From an uncultured Candidatus Saccharibacteria bacterium (GTDB taxonomy: Bacteria; Patescibacteriota; Saccharimonadia; CAILAD01; BJGX01): a DNA stretch of 64,000 nucleotides. The stretch lies in assembly GCA_964425715.1 (NCBI GenBank), contig CAYRNO010000001.1:10645-74644 (forward strand), read 5' to 3'. The position numbers and the translations under genes were made by a program. A model generated the notes under the pieces. It worked only from the letters and a program-made list of their open reading frames with translations, did no database searches and was not told the DNA's origin. This document shows positions 20,106 to 30,480 of this stretch, piece by piece (positions within the stretch are counted from its first letter, which is position 1; every line of letters starts with the position of its first letter).

Positions 20106-20648
20106 TTAAGCACTTATTTTAAACATTTTCATGTATTTCTTATCATTATCGATGTAACTAGCCATTACAAGCTTAATCTCGTATTTTAGCTGATATTGCT
20201 CACGCATTTTATTAATGAGATCTGAGGGATTATATGGATATATCCATATTCCCTTGGAGTATTGTACAAACCCAAATCGCTTTACTATGAGTAGTATTTG
20301 GTTGCGTGTAGTCTTTTTGCTATCCGGAAGGTTTATAGTAATCAAATACCATCTACCATTCCATGCTGCTGGTCGCAAATCAAACTGAAGTAAATCTGCT
20401 TTTTTGAGATGCTCTTGACCCTTGATTGTTATTTTAAATACTTTTTCGTTATCGACATTGCCGACAGATATAAATCCTTTTTTTGCAAGGAGTGTCGTGG
20501 AGTCTATGATCCTCCTTTGAGGGGTTGTAGTTTTGGAGTTATGAAAAAGCTCCAGTAGTACCTTGGAGCTGCACAGATCACTCAAGGAGATGATTTTTTT
20601 ACGAGCAATAGTTTTGAGTATTTGCGCCGTCTTATTCACATTTTTCAT
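20106..20648 (-). CDS. PaaX-like regulator (wHTH plus Cas2-like ferredoxin fold)
   Basis: FKITIKGQ wing, WNGRWYLITINLP...RNQI...GFVQYSKGIWIYPY. Confidence 0.75.
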   Translation of the reverse strand: MKNVNKTAQILKTIARKKIISLSDLCSSKVLLELFHNSKTTTPQRRIIDSTTLLAKKGFISVGNVDNEKVFKITIKGQEHLKKADLLQFDLRPAAWNGRWYLITINLPDSKKTTRNQILLIVKRFGFVQYSKGIWIYPYNPSDLINKMREQYQLKYEIKLVMASYIDNDKKYMKMFKISA

Positions 20649-20882
20649 TGCTGTAGTATTAACTTATTTGCACACTAAAATTACATATTTAGTATGTCAC
20701 AGCATAAGTACTATGTAAATACTTTTATCAAACTTTATTTGATATAATCATATATAAGGTGGTTTTCTTACCATTTTAGTAAATAATTTTACTTATTATT
20801 TGTTAAATTAAAAGGAGAAACTATGCGATATCTACATTATCTAGTAGTATTAGATACGAAATATTTAGCATAATTTCGACGA

Positions 20883-20958
20883 CAGGGTGTGGCGCAGTTG
20901 GTAGCGCGTACGGCTGGGGGCCGTGAGGTCGCAGGTTCAAGTCCTGTCACCCTGACCA
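20883..20958 (+). tRNA. tRNA-Pro(GGG)
   Basis: Cloverleaf CAGGGTG/CACCCTG, loop CT GGG GG, encoded CCA. Confidence 0.96.
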
Positions 20959-21174
20959 GAAGTTTATACCTAATTTTTGGGTATAAACCCCTGAATAGTA
21001 TGAGCTAGACCTGTATATATTAATGATGCAAAAACCTGGTAGAATGCATGAAGTCGAAGCGCTGTCCTGTTGCCCTGAACACCGTTTAGTATCTAAGCAT
21101 TGAGTTATTTATGAATTTTTGTATGAATCATAAGCAAGTAGCCAATATAAGCATAAGTTTGTTACAATAACAGC

Positions 21175-21534
21175 ATGTTATTTATGGAATTTTTCTCTTG
21201 GTGGTATACAACGGGGTGGATTCAGTTCTCTAAGTCAACAAAGAACAGAATAATAGAAGTATGGAATATATTCTCGATTCCGATCTTACTTAGAACAATG
21301 TTTTCACCCTGGAAACGCATACAAACAAACCCTGGAAAGTCATTGCAGAGTCATATGCAGGCTTTATTGGACAATATAATATCCAGATTTGTAGGTTTTA
21401 GTATTAGGTTATTGACTATTATAGCCGGCCTATTTTGTATTGTTCTAATTAGTATAATATCTATGTTGACAGTCATAGCTTGGCCTCTAATACCTGTTGT
21501 TATCCCTATGCTAATATTCTGGGGATTATTATGA
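21175..21534 (+). CDS. Conserved membrane protein coupled to the Clp ATPase
   Basis: WWYT.GW...FSIPILLRTMFSPWKR; ATGA overlap with the next gene. Confidence 0.75.
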   Translation: MLFMEFFSWWYTTGWIQFSKSTKNRIIEVWNIFSIPILLRTMFSPWKRIQTNPGKSLQSHMQALLDNIISRFVGFSIRLLTIIAGLFCIVLISIISMLTVIAWPLIPVVIPMLIFWGLL

Positions 21535-23924
21535 GTACAATAACCTATAGCCAGAGTATGAGAGTGAGAAAGGCCAAGTTTGGTTTGCATTTCAAGGGCC
21601 ATGCCATAAATATTGTTTTCTTGATAGCAATAATTGCGATTATAGTAGGAGTAATTCTTGTGGTTCAACAAGTACAGATAGGGTTTACTCTTATAGGTTT
21701 CAGTTTAATTCCGGTTTGTTTTGTTGCTTGGGTTAAATGGGATCTTTCTGATATTAATGCCAAAGTGGATTTGCAACCAAACGGCAGTATTGCACTTGAC
21801 GAAGTGCTTGCAGCTGATATAGTAGGCTCTCTAAATGAGAAAATGACTCCTAGGCAAATATGGGGAGTCATCCATAATCATTGGGAAGTAAAATTTATAC
21901 TTCTCAGATATGAAATAAGTGAGAAATCCATATCAGATATAGTATCTGATAACGTAAGCGATAGTATACTAATCTGGCACACTAGTATTCAGCTAGTAGG
22001 ACAAATGCCAATAACGGAAGTTACAGCTGGAGTCATATTGACCTCTATCATCGTTAGCAATCCTAAAATCGAACCGGTGTTAGATAAATTAGCCTTAGAT
22101 ACTGAAGACATAGTTCAAGGTCTGAGATGGCAAGAGTCATTATTACGCCGAGAGATAGCACCAAAAAAAGACAATCTTTTTGGAGGAATAGGCAGGGATT
22201 GGGCTTCGGGGTTTACTCCGGTATTAGATAATTTCGGTCACAATATTAGTCTAGATATCCAAAAAGGAAATCAGGATTTCTCAGCAGTATCTAGGGGGCG
22301 AGTGCTTAATCAAATGGCCCATAGTTTGGCTAGAGAGAACAGAGGTAGTATTGCTATGGTAGGAGATACTGGGGTTGGTAAGAAACAGTTGGTGTATTCT
22401 CTTGCTGAATCAATGATAAGGGGAGAGTCTGAGGAGAATTTACGATACAAACAAATTGTACAGATAGACCCAACCATAATTACTTCTTCTGTATCAGAAT
22501 CAACTAGTCTAGAAAGTATTTTTGAGCAGATATTTTATGACTCTATAAAGGCCGGCAATATCATATTATTTTTTGATGAAGCACAGTTGTTTTTTGGTAA
22601 TGAACCAGGGACTGTAAATATCGCAAAAGTAATGCTTCCAATTTTGGAGAAGTATAATCTTAATTGTGTTTTGGCTATCAATCACCAAGAATGGCATAAG
22701 ATTACATCGACAGACCCTTCACTTACACAGATGTTTACTAAGGTTGAAATTGAACCAACAGATGAGCAACAGACAATTTCTATTCTTCAGGATTTTGCTA
22801 TTATTTTTGAGTCAAAGTATAAAAGAGCAATCACTTTCAAGGCTCTAAAAGAATCATATGATCTTGCCGAACGCTATATTCGAGATATTGCACAGCCTAA
22901 AAAATCTATTACTCTTTTGGAAGATAGCTGTAACTATCCAGACAATGGATTAATCACTGAGAATTCTGTAAGGCAAGCTACAGAGATTCTTGCCAATGTA
23001 AAAGTCGAAGAGGGTACTCAGACTGAAAAGAATCAGTTATTGAATCTAGAGGAGTTGATTCATAGGAGAATGATTAACCAATCAAGGGCGGTCAAAGTGA
23101 TATCAGATGCTCTTCGTAGATCAAGGGCGGGAGTAAGAAATGAAGCAAGACCAGTCGGGAGTTTTTTATTCCTAGGACCCACAGGAGTTGGTAAGACAGA
23201 GCTAGCAAAATCTTTAGCACAAGTATATTTTGGCGGCGAAAAAAACATAGTTAGACTAGATATGAGTGAATATCAAACTCCTGAGGATGTACATAGATTC
23301 TTATCAGCTGCAGATATTAATAATGCCGGAAGTACATTGCTCCAAGAAATATCTCAAAGACCTTTCTCTGTAGTCTTGTTTGATGAGATAGAAAAAGCAA
23401 ATCCAGATATCTTAGATCTATTATTGCAACTACTGGATGAAGGGGAATTGACCGACGAAAGCGGTAAAAAAGTATCTTTTAGGGAAGCTATTGTAATATG
23501 TACATCAAACGCGGGGGCTGACGAGATAAGGTCAAGGATTGAATCTGGCCAATCACTAGAACAGTTCGAGAAGCAGTTTATAGATAGTATCATCAATCAG
23601 CACTTATTCAAGCCAGAACTTATGAATAGGTTTGATGAAGTAGTGCTGTTTAGGCCATTGAATAAAGAAGAATTGCTCCAAGTTGCTTATCTACTTATCA
23701 AGTCAGTTAATATACAGATGGAGAAACAGAAGATATCAATCTCACTTACTGAAGCCGCCTATCAATTCCTGGTGGAGAGTGGATATGATCCTAGATTAGG
23801 TGCAAGGCCGATGCGTAGAGCAGTACAGAGATTGGTCGAAAATACATTGGCGAAAAGAATATTATCAGGGAGTGTTCAGAAGGGAGCTCAGATAACACTT
23901 GATGTAAATGACTTTCAGGGTTAA
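21531..23924 (+). CDS. ClpA/ClpB-family double AAA+ ATPase with N-terminal TM hairpin
   Basis: GDTGVGKK/FFDEA and FLGPTGVGKTELAK/LFDEIEKA, GARPMRR; two hydrophobic helices near the N-terminus. Confidence 0.9.
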   Translation: MSTITYSQSMRVRKAKFGLHFKGHAINIVFLIAIIAIIVGVILVVQQVQIGFTLIGFSLIPVCFVAWVKWDLSDINAKVDLQPNGSIALDEVLAADIVGSLNEKMTPRQIWGVIHNHWEVKFILLRYEISEKSISDIVSDNVSDSILIWHTSIQLVGQMPITEVTAGVILTSIIVSNPKIEPVLDKLALDTEDIVQGLRWQESLLRREIAPKKDNLFGGIGRDWASGFTPVLDNFGHNISLDIQKGNQDFSAVSRGRVLNQMAHSLARENRGSIAMVGDTGVGKKQLVYSLAESMIRGESEENLRYKQIVQIDPTIITSSVSESTSLESIFEQIFYDSIKAGNIILFFDEAQLFFGNEPGTVNIAKVMLPILEKYNLNCVLAINHQEWHKITSTDPSLTQMFTKVEIEPTDEQQTISILQDFAIIFESKYKRAITFKALKESYDLAERYIRDIAQPKKSITLLEDSCNYPDNGLITENSVRQATEILANVKVEEGTQTEKNQLLNLEELIHRRMINQSRAVKVISDALRRSRAGVRNEARPVGSFLFLGPTGVGKTELAKSLAQVYFGGEKNIVRLDMSEYQTPEDVHRFLSAADINNAGSTLLQEISQRPFSVVLFDEIEKANPDILDLLLQLLDEGELTDESGKKVSFREAIVICTSNAGADEIRSRIESGQSLEQFEKQFIDSIINQHLFKPELMNRFDEVVLFRPLNKEELLQVAYLLIKSVNIQMEKQKISISLTEAAYQFLVESGYDPRLGARPMRRAVQRLVENTLAKRILSGSVQKGAQITLDVNDFQG

Positions 23925-23935
23925 AGTATCTAACT

Positions 23936-24331
23936 ATGGCAACGATATTTACAAAGATTTATAACAAAGATATACCAGGTGAAGTCATATATGACGATAA
24001 GAACGTTTTTGCTATTTTAAGTATTGAGCCTCACAATCCTGGTCATATACTTGTAATACCTCATAAAGAAATTGCTGACTGGGAGGATATACCGAGGCCT
24101 CTATGGCTTAATATCATGAAAGTCTCACAAGATCTCGCAAAAGTGCTCAAAAAGCTCTACAACCCCCCGAAAATAGCTCTGAGTATAGTTGGTTTTGAGG
24201 TACCTCATGTTCACGTACATGTATTTTCTATATTTCAAATTTCGGATATAGATCACACTAAGGCAAATAAGACCAATCTAGAAGAATTAAGTATTGAGGC
24301 TCATAAAATTCGTGAAGAACTCAATAAATAA
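23936..24331 (+). CDS. HIT family hydrolase
   Basis: PGHILVIP, VPHVHVH. Confidence 0.92.
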   Translation: MATIFTKIYNKDIPGEVIYDDKNVFAILSIEPHNPGHILVIPHKEIADWEDIPRPLWLNIMKVSQDLAKVLKKLYNPPKIALSIVGFEVPHVHVHVFSIFQISDIDHTKANKTNLEELSIEAHKIREELNK

Positions 24332-24343
24332 ACAATATATCTA

Positions 24344-25129
24344 ATGAACCCAATAATACTTATAATTCTTTCAATCACACAAGCAATCACAGAATTCTTA
24401 CCAATTTCATCTTCAGCTCATTTGCTTTTGCTTCCTTGGGTTTTTAACCTTCCCAACCCTGGGTTGGCATTTGATGCGGCATTACACATAGGTACGGCCT
24501 TAGCTCTGGTAGTTTTTTTTGCAAAAGATTTTTTGCGACTTATTAAGAACAAAGATAAAATACTCCTATATATAATAGCTGCTTCTATTCCTGCTGCTTT
24601 ATTTGGGTTTCTAGGTGATAGCATTATAGAGAAATATCTTCATATCAGCTTTTATGCTCCTTTGGTTGTAGGAATAGGGATGATATTTTTTAGTTTGATT
24701 TTGTACTTTGTCGATAAGTACGCAAAACTAGAATCAGAGATCAAAGATGTGGGTTTGAAGCAAAGCTTAATAATTGGTTTTGCACAGGCTCTTGCTCTTA
24801 TTCCAGGTACATCTAGATCTGGCGTTACTATCACTGCAGGATTATGGCTGGGGTTGAAAAGAGAGGATGCAGCTAGATTTAGCTTCTTGTTGGCCACACC
24901 GATATCATTAGCAGCGGGAGTTTATAAAGCTTATGATATTATTCAAGATCCAAGTCCAAGCGTATCTACGCTGAGTCTAGTATTGGCAATCTTATTAACC
25001 TTTATTGTAGGCTTAATAGTGATTAAATGGTTATTGGGATATTTAAAGAATCATTCAATGCTAATCTTCGTAATTTATAGAATTGTAATTGGAACTGGAG
25101 TGATATTGTTATGGCTAATAAAGAGATAA
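24344..25129 (+). CDS. uppP: Undecaprenyl-diphosphatase
   Basis: TEFLPISSSAHL, ALIPGTSRSGVT, ARFSFLL. Confidence 0.95.
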   Translation: MNPIILIILSITQAITEFLPISSSAHLLLLPWVFNLPNPGLAFDAALHIGTALALVVFFAKDFLRLIKNKDKILLYIIAASIPAALFGFLGDSIIEKYLHISFYAPLVVGIGMIFFSLILYFVDKYAKLESEIKDVGLKQSLIIGFAQALALIPGTSRSGVTITAGLWLGLKREDAARFSFLLATPISLAAGVYKAYDIIQDPSPSVSTLSLVLAILLTFIVGLIVIKWLLGYLKNHSMLIFVIYRIVIGTGVILLWLIKR

Positions 25130-25515
25130 AAATATTTTGTGATGGTGGTTCAAGAGGTAATCCTGGGCCTTCAGCGGCCGGTGTTGTGATAACTACTACA
25201 GACGACCGAGTATTGGCAGAATATTGTGAATATTTAGGAATTCAGACTAATAATTTTGCAGAATATAGTGCTGTACTACTAGCACTTCGTAATCTAGATG
25301 ATTATAAGGATTATAAGCTAAAATTTTATTTAGATAGTCAATTGGTAGTGCGTCAATTGAATGGTGAGTACAAAGTCAAGAATTCAAATATCAAAGGTTT
25401 GTATCAGCAAATCATAAGTATAATTAAGGACATGCAGATTAGTTTCGAACATGTTTATAGAGAAGATAATAAATTGGCTGACGCCCAAGTCAATAAATGC
25501 TTAGACGCTCAATAA
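25111..25515 (+). CDS. rnhA: Ribonuclease HI family protein
   Basis: DGGSRGNPGP, TNNFAEY, DSQLVVRQLNG, HVYREDNKLAD. Confidence 0.9.
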   Translation: MANKEIKIFCDGGSRGNPGPSAAGVVITTTDDRVLAEYCEYLGIQTNNFAEYSAVLLALRNLDDYKDYKLKFYLDSQLVVRQLNGEYKVKNSNIKGLYQQIISIIKDMQISFEHVYREDNKLADAQVNKCLDAQ

Positions 25516-25551
25516 TAGACAAAAATCATTAATTGTAGTATTATATAACTG

Positions 25552-25917
25552 TAAGTTAGTGGGTAATCGACCGTCAAAGACGGTAGGAAAGTCCGAACAG
25601 TATAGAGTACAGTAGTTGCTAACGGCAACCAGAGGTAACTCTCGGGAAAGTGCCGCAGAAACAATACCGCCTATCACTATAGCGATAGGTAAGGGTGAAA
25701 AGAGTGAGGTAAGAGCTCACAGTTTTGATAGGTGACTATCAGAAGTGGTAAACCCTACTGACTGCAAGATTTTGGGCCCGTCTACTTTTGTAGCAGAGTT
25801 TCTCGCTCTGATTGGGTATATCGCATGATTCGCCATTCGGCGGACACCCGTAAGGGAAGATAGATGATTACCGATTCATCTATGATGGATTACAGAATTC
25901 GGCTTATAGCTAACTTA
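25552..25917 (+). ncRNA. rnpB: RNase P RNA
   Basis: AGGAAAGTCCG, AGTGCCGCAGAAA, GGTAAACCC, AGATAGATGAT, ACAGAATTCGGCTTA; P1 TAAGTTAG/CTAACTTA. Confidence 0.97.
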
Positions 25918-25953
25918 TACCAAAATACCCCGTAAATGCGGGGTATTTTGGTA
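25918..25953 (+). terminator. Intrinsic terminator of rnpB
   Basis: CCAAAATACCCCGT-AAAT-GCGGGGTATTTTGG inverted repeat. Confidence 0.8.
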
Positions 25954-25971
25954 TACTAATAGTAGCCTACT

Positions 25972-27387
25972 ATGAAAAAAAGAAGCGAGTTGTTTTTTAG
26001 AGTTCTGCTTATACCTGTTGATTATATTATGATAATCTCCGGCTTTGCTTTGGCTTATATTATTAGAAATGTGCAGGTCAAACCTCTTGCGTACTTGATA
26101 TCTGGTAGGTCGTTCTTGATAATTCTAGTTCCGTTAATTTTAGTCTGGTTAGTTATCTATGCTCTCTCTGGGCTATACGGTATAAAAGCTATTAGATCTA
26201 GGATTTCGGAGTTTAGTAGGATAGTGTCGGCATCTGCATTGGGCGTAATGGTATTGATCATACTTGATTATTACAGCCAAGAGCCATTTTTCCCCTCCAA
26301 ATCAATAGCTATATATGGATTTGTGCTAGCAGTATTTTTTGTGGTAATAGCTAGGAATGTGCTGTATTATCTACAGCAGTATTTATATAGACACAAGATA
26401 GGGGTGCATAATACATTAATCTTAGGAAAGGGGTCGTCTAGAATAAAATTCCAAAACAATCTTTATTCAGAAACTTTACTTTATAAGGTTATCGAGAACT
26501 TAGCTATAAATAATAATTTTGATTTAACTTATATAAAAAAGCTACATACTAATCATTCCTTAGATGACATTTTCATTTTAGAAGATAGAATTTCTAGAGA
26601 AAGTATCAACAAGCTAATCGGCTTTTGTCGCTCCAATCAAGTACAGCTTCATATTGTTCCGACTACTGAAGATATGTATGATACTACATTACATATGATG
26701 CGGATCAAGGATATTCCTGTACTAGAGGTGGTAACCACTCCGCTAGAAGGCTGGGGTAGAATCATTAAAAGGTTGTTGGATTTGATAATCGTAATAATTT
26801 CATTTATTTTTACTATCCCATTAATGGCTATAATCGCTATTTTGATAAAAATCACTGATCCAGGTAAGGTATTCTACCTTCATAGCAGACTAACAAGGGC
26901 CGGTAAGAAAATAAGTGTTATTAAATTCAGGACTATGAAACAAGACTATTGCACAGGCGGTAAATATTCAAATAAAACTGATCAGGAGATTATAGAGCAG
27001 TTTGGGGATCCGACATTGGTAGAGGAATTTAAAAAGACACAGAAACTAAAAAAAGATCCTAGGGTAAGTACCATTGGAAGGTTTCTACGAAAAACTAGTC
27101 TTGACGAGTTGCCTCAGCTATTTAATGTCTTGGTAGGGAGTCTGAGCTTAGTAGGGCCACGCCCCATAGTACATGATGAGCTAGAGAGATATGGAGATGA
27201 ATCGGGGTTATTTCTGCACATTAAACCTGGTCTGACTGGTCTATGGCAGGTTTCTGGTAGAAATGATGTAAGTTATGATAATAGGGTGAAGTTGGATATA
27301 TACTACATAGAGCACTGGAGTATTGGATTGGATGTTGCAATCTTACTTCGTACTATTCCAGCTGTTTTTAAAAGAACTGGATACTAA
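25972..27387 (+). CDS. Priming polyprenyl-phosphate hexose-1-phosphate transferase (WcaJ/CpsE family)
   Basis: KRLLDL, KFRTM, DPRVSTIGRFLRKTSLDELPQL, SLVGPRP, KPGLTGLWQVSGR. Confidence 0.93.
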   Translation: MKKRSELFFRVLLIPVDYIMIISGFALAYIIRNVQVKPLAYLISGRSFLIILVPLILVWLVIYALSGLYGIKAIRSRISEFSRIVSASALGVMVLIILDYYSQEPFFPSKSIAIYGFVLAVFFVVIARNVLYYLQQYLYRHKIGVHNTLILGKGSSRIKFQNNLYSETLLYKVIENLAINNNFDLTYIKKLHTNHSLDDIFILEDRISRESINKLIGFCRSNQVQLHIVPTTEDMYDTTLHMMRIKDIPVLEVVTTPLEGWGRIIKRLLDLIIVIISFIFTIPLMAIIAILIKITDPGKVFYLHSRLTRAGKKISVIKFRTMKQDYCTGGKYSNKTDQEIIEQFGDPTLVEEFKKTQKLKKDPRVSTIGRFLRKTSLDELPQLFNVLVGSLSLVGPRPIVHDELERYGDESGLFLHIKPGLTGLWQVSGRNDVSYDNRVKLDIYYIEHWSIGLDVAILLRTIPAVFKRTGY

Positions 27388-28502
27388 TGCGCGTAGCTAT
27401 AGTACATGATTGGTTGACTAACTTGGGCGGTGGTGAGAGAGTGGTCGACGCCCTAAGTGATGCGTTTCCTGCTGCTCCAATATATACAAGTGTATATAGC
27501 GAGAATGGTATAACGTTATTTAAGGACAAAAAGATTGTTACCTCATTCTTGCAGCGTTGGCCTTTATCGAAAACAAAGCATCAATTATATCCAATGCTTC
27601 GAAAATATGCATTTGAGAGTTTTGATTTCTCTGATTTTGATGTAGTAATATCTTCTTCTAGCGCAGAATCGAAAGGTATTATTACGAGCACAGAAGTGCT
27701 TCATTTAAGTTATATTCATACACCTACAAGATACTATTGGAGCGGTTATAAAGACTATCTGGATTCACCCGGATTGGGACCTTTAAGCCCAATTGCAAAA
27801 TTTATCTTACCAAAAGTTATATATAAAATGCGATATTGGGACTATGCGGCTGCTCAAAGACCAGATTATTTGATAGCTAACTCTCAAACAGTTAAAGATA
27901 GAATTTTTAAATACTACCATCGAGAAAGTAAAATTATATTTCCTCCAGTTGAAATTGATAAATTTGAATTGTCTAGTAAGCAAAATGATTACTACTTGGT
28001 AGTAAGTCGACTTATTCCCTATAAGAGGGTTGATTTGGCAGTACGAGCTTGTTCAGATTTGGACAGAAGGTTGATTGTTGTAGGTAATGGTCCCGAACTA
28101 GATAAGTTGCGAAAGATTGCGTCAGGCAAAATTGATTTTATAGTAGAAGCTGACGATAAGACTGTAAGGGATTTGTATGCAAAATCTCGGGGATTTATAT
28201 TTACAGCATATGAGGATTTTGGAATTACCCCTGTTGAGTCAATGGCAGCTGGAGTACCTGTAATATCATATGGAGAAGGCGGTGGGTCAGAAAGTGTTGT
28301 GAATTATGAGACGGGACTTTTTTTCAAAGATCAGTCCGTAGAATGCTTGAAAAATGCTATATTAAAATTTGAAAAGATTAACTTTTCAAAAGAACAGATT
28401 AGAAAACATGCAGAGAAATTTTCAAGAAAAAGATTTATTGAAGAAATAAAAGATACAATTAATGAGAGATATGAAGAGAAGTACTCAGGACAAGTCAAAT
28501 AA
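27387..28502 (+). CDS. Glycosyltransferase family 4
   Basis: VHDWLTNLGGGERV, EDFGITPVESMAAG. Confidence 0.92.
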   Translation: MRVAIVHDWLTNLGGGERVVDALSDAFPAAPIYTSVYSENGITLFKDKKIVTSFLQRWPLSKTKHQLYPMLRKYAFESFDFSDFDVVISSSSAESKGIITSTEVLHLSYIHTPTRYYWSGYKDYLDSPGLGPLSPIAKFILPKVIYKMRYWDYAAAQRPDYLIANSQTVKDRIFKYYHRESKIIFPPVEIDKFELSSKQNDYYLVVSRLIPYKRVDLAVRACSDLDRRLIVVGNGPELDKLRKIASGKIDFIVEADDKTVRDLYAKSRGFIFTAYEDFGITPVESMAAGVPVISYGEGGGSESVVNYETGLFFKDQSVECLKNAILKFEKINFSKEQIRKHAEKFSRKRFIEEIKDTINERYEEKYSGQVK

Positions 28503-29931
28503 GAAAAACTTTTTTCTAGTAGCTTGTGTAATTTCTGCTTTGATATTGAGTGTTTATGTAGTCAGTATAAAACTAGGTGATTACATAAAAGATATTCAAT
28601 CTCAATCAGAAAAATTCAAAACCTATCAGAATATCTATAAAAGGTTAAGGGGATCTGGTAGTAAGCAAAATACCTTGTTGATATTAGCTAACAATGCGGA
28701 GTTAAGAACCGGTGGAGGATTCATAGGAACAGTAGGTATGATAGAGACAAATGAAGGGAAGGTTGAGACTAAGCCTCTAGTTGGTGTTTATTCGATAGAT
28801 TCAGGTATAGGATGTGATGATAAAAGATTTTTACAACCTAGTTATTTACAGAAATTATCACCTTGTCCGTCCTTGAGAGACAGCAGCAATGCACTTGATT
28901 TTACTAGCAATGCTAGGCAAGCATTGTATTACTATCAACAAAATACAAATATACCTGTAGATAATGTTGTGCAGATTACACCTAGAGCTTTAGAGCTATT
29001 GTTAGACAAAACTGGACCAGTATATCTAAAAGATTATGATATGACAGTTACAAAAGAAAATTTTCGTAATACGGTGCAACTTGAAGTAGAGAGAGGTATA
29101 GATAAGCAGCTCAAAAATGATCCCAAATCAGGTGTGCTAGGTTCGTTAGCTAATCAGATGATCTCTAAATTATTAGTAAAAGATGTATACCAGCTGAAGG
29201 ATTATATAGTAATTTTAGAGCAGTTAATAGATGAAAAACAGTTAACTATGTACAGTAAAGATGATAAAACCCAGGCTCTATTTCGAAGGGTAAATGCAGA
29301 TGGTAGCGTTAAAAGTACAGAAGGTAATTACTTCATGATGACAGAGTCTAATTATTCGGCAAACAAAAGCTCGCCTTATATCAAAAACAAGATTGATATG
29401 CACCAAACAATAGAGAAAGACGGTACTAGTATTATAGATGTTGAGATTAATTCAAGTCATATATCGGACTATAAATATTCATATATTGATCCAAATAATA
29501 ACGCTAAAACGTGGCTGATTGGAGAAAATAACAGTCGAATTACTCTAGTACTACCCAAAGACTCCCAAATACTCAATACTTCACTAAGTCCTGATGAATA
29601 CTCTACATCTGGTGATAATAAAACTATCATAGAATATGATAGATATCTAAAGCCCTTAACCCAGGTATCTGAAACAATTAGATACAGGATACCAACAAGC
29701 TATATATTAAGTAACAAACTTATTATAAATACTTTTATTCAAAAGCAACTGGGTGGTTGGAGCTACGATCTAAACTATTCACTTACCATACCAGATGAAA
29801 AATATAAGCTAGTTGCAGCCAATGTTGAATTAGTCACTAAAGAAACTTTAGCGCCACAGACTATTCATTACTCTGGATCGGTAGATTCGGATAAACTATT
29901 GAGTTTTATCTATGTTCACGAGAGCAATTAA
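28462..29931 (+). CDS. DUF4012-type exported protein
   Basis: NNAELRTGGGFIG, LRDSS, NYSANKS; N-terminal TM. Confidence 0.75.
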   Translation: MRDMKRSTQDKSNKKNFFLVACVISALILSVYVVSIKLGDYIKDIQSQSEKFKTYQNIYKRLRGSGSKQNTLLILANNAELRTGGGFIGTVGMIETNEGKVETKPLVGVYSIDSGIGCDDKRFLQPSYLQKLSPCPSLRDSSNALDFTSNARQALYYYQQNTNIPVDNVVQITPRALELLLDKTGPVYLKDYDMTVTKENFRNTVQLEVERGIDKQLKNDPKSGVLGSLANQMISKLLVKDVYQLKDYIVILEQLIDEKQLTMYSKDDKTQALFRRVNADGSVKSTEGNYFMMTESNYSANKSSPYIKNKIDMHQTIEKDGTSIIDVEINSSHISDYKYSYIDPNNNAKTWLIGENNSRITLVLPKDSQILNTSLSPDEYSTSGDNKTIIEYDRYLKPLTQVSETIRYRIPTSYILSNKLIINTFIQKQLGGWSYDLNYSLTIPDEKYKLVAANVELVTKETLAPQTIHYSGSVDSDKLLSFIYVHESN

Positions 29932-29932
29932 T

Positions 29933-30274
29933 TTATTTTGATGCCTTAACAATAGCTTCGAATGCAACTGGATTGTTTACTGCTAATTCCGAAAGTATTT
30001 TACGATCAAGTTTAATATCTGCCTTTTTCATACCTTCTATGAATTTTGAATAAGTAGTGTCATTTAACCTTGCAGCTGCATTGATACGACTAACCCACAA
30101 TGAACGCATATCTCTTTTGATATTTCGTCTATCTCTATATTGATAGGCTAGAGCCTTTATGACGGCTTCGTGAGCTTTTCTGTAGCTAGCTCTACGAGTC
30201 TTACTATATCCTTTAGTAAGTTTGATGATTTTTTTATGTCGTTTGTGAGTTGTTACACCACGCTTTACTCTCAT
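29933..30274 (-). CDS. rplT: 50S ribosomal protein L20
   Basis: RVKRG, YQYRDRR, LWVSRINAAAR, LDRKILSELA. Confidence 0.98.
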   Translation of the reverse strand: MRVKRGVTTHKRHKKIIKLTKGYSKTRRASYRKAHEAVIKALAYQYRDRRNIKRDMRSLWVSRINAAARLNDTTYSKFIEGMKKADIKLDRKILSELAVNNPVAFEAIVKASK

Positions 30275-30471
30275 TAGTTTGCTCCTACCATTTTCTTAGC
30301 ATTTTTGCTGTCACCCTTGGCCATCCCATGTTCAAGTGTATAATTTCGTTTTCTTGCGCTCGATTTGAGTGTTAGTTTGTGCGCTCTAGTCGCTTTTCTA
30401 CGCAAAACTTTTCCTGTACCGGATATCTTAATTCGTTTGCTCATAGTCTTACTTGTTTTTTGCTTTGGCAT
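30274..30471 (-). CDS. rpmI: 50S ribosomal protein L35
   Basis: MPKQKTSKTMSKRIKISGTGK; lies between infC and rplT. Confidence 0.95.
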   Translation of the reverse strand: MPKQKTSKTMSKRIKISGTGKVLRRKATRAHKLTLKSSARKRNYTLEHGMAKGDSKNAKKMVGAN

Positions 30472-30480
30472 AATATTTTT

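Noticed and set aside
20106-20648. Cas2-like fold suggesting a CRISPR-Cas locus
   Set aside because: N-terminal wHTH indicates a PaaX-like regulator; I saw no other cas gene or repeat-spacer array in the window
20863-20890. dif-like XerD arm ATTTAGCATAA
   Set aside because: No matching XerC arm at 6-bp spacing; it runs into tRNA-Pro
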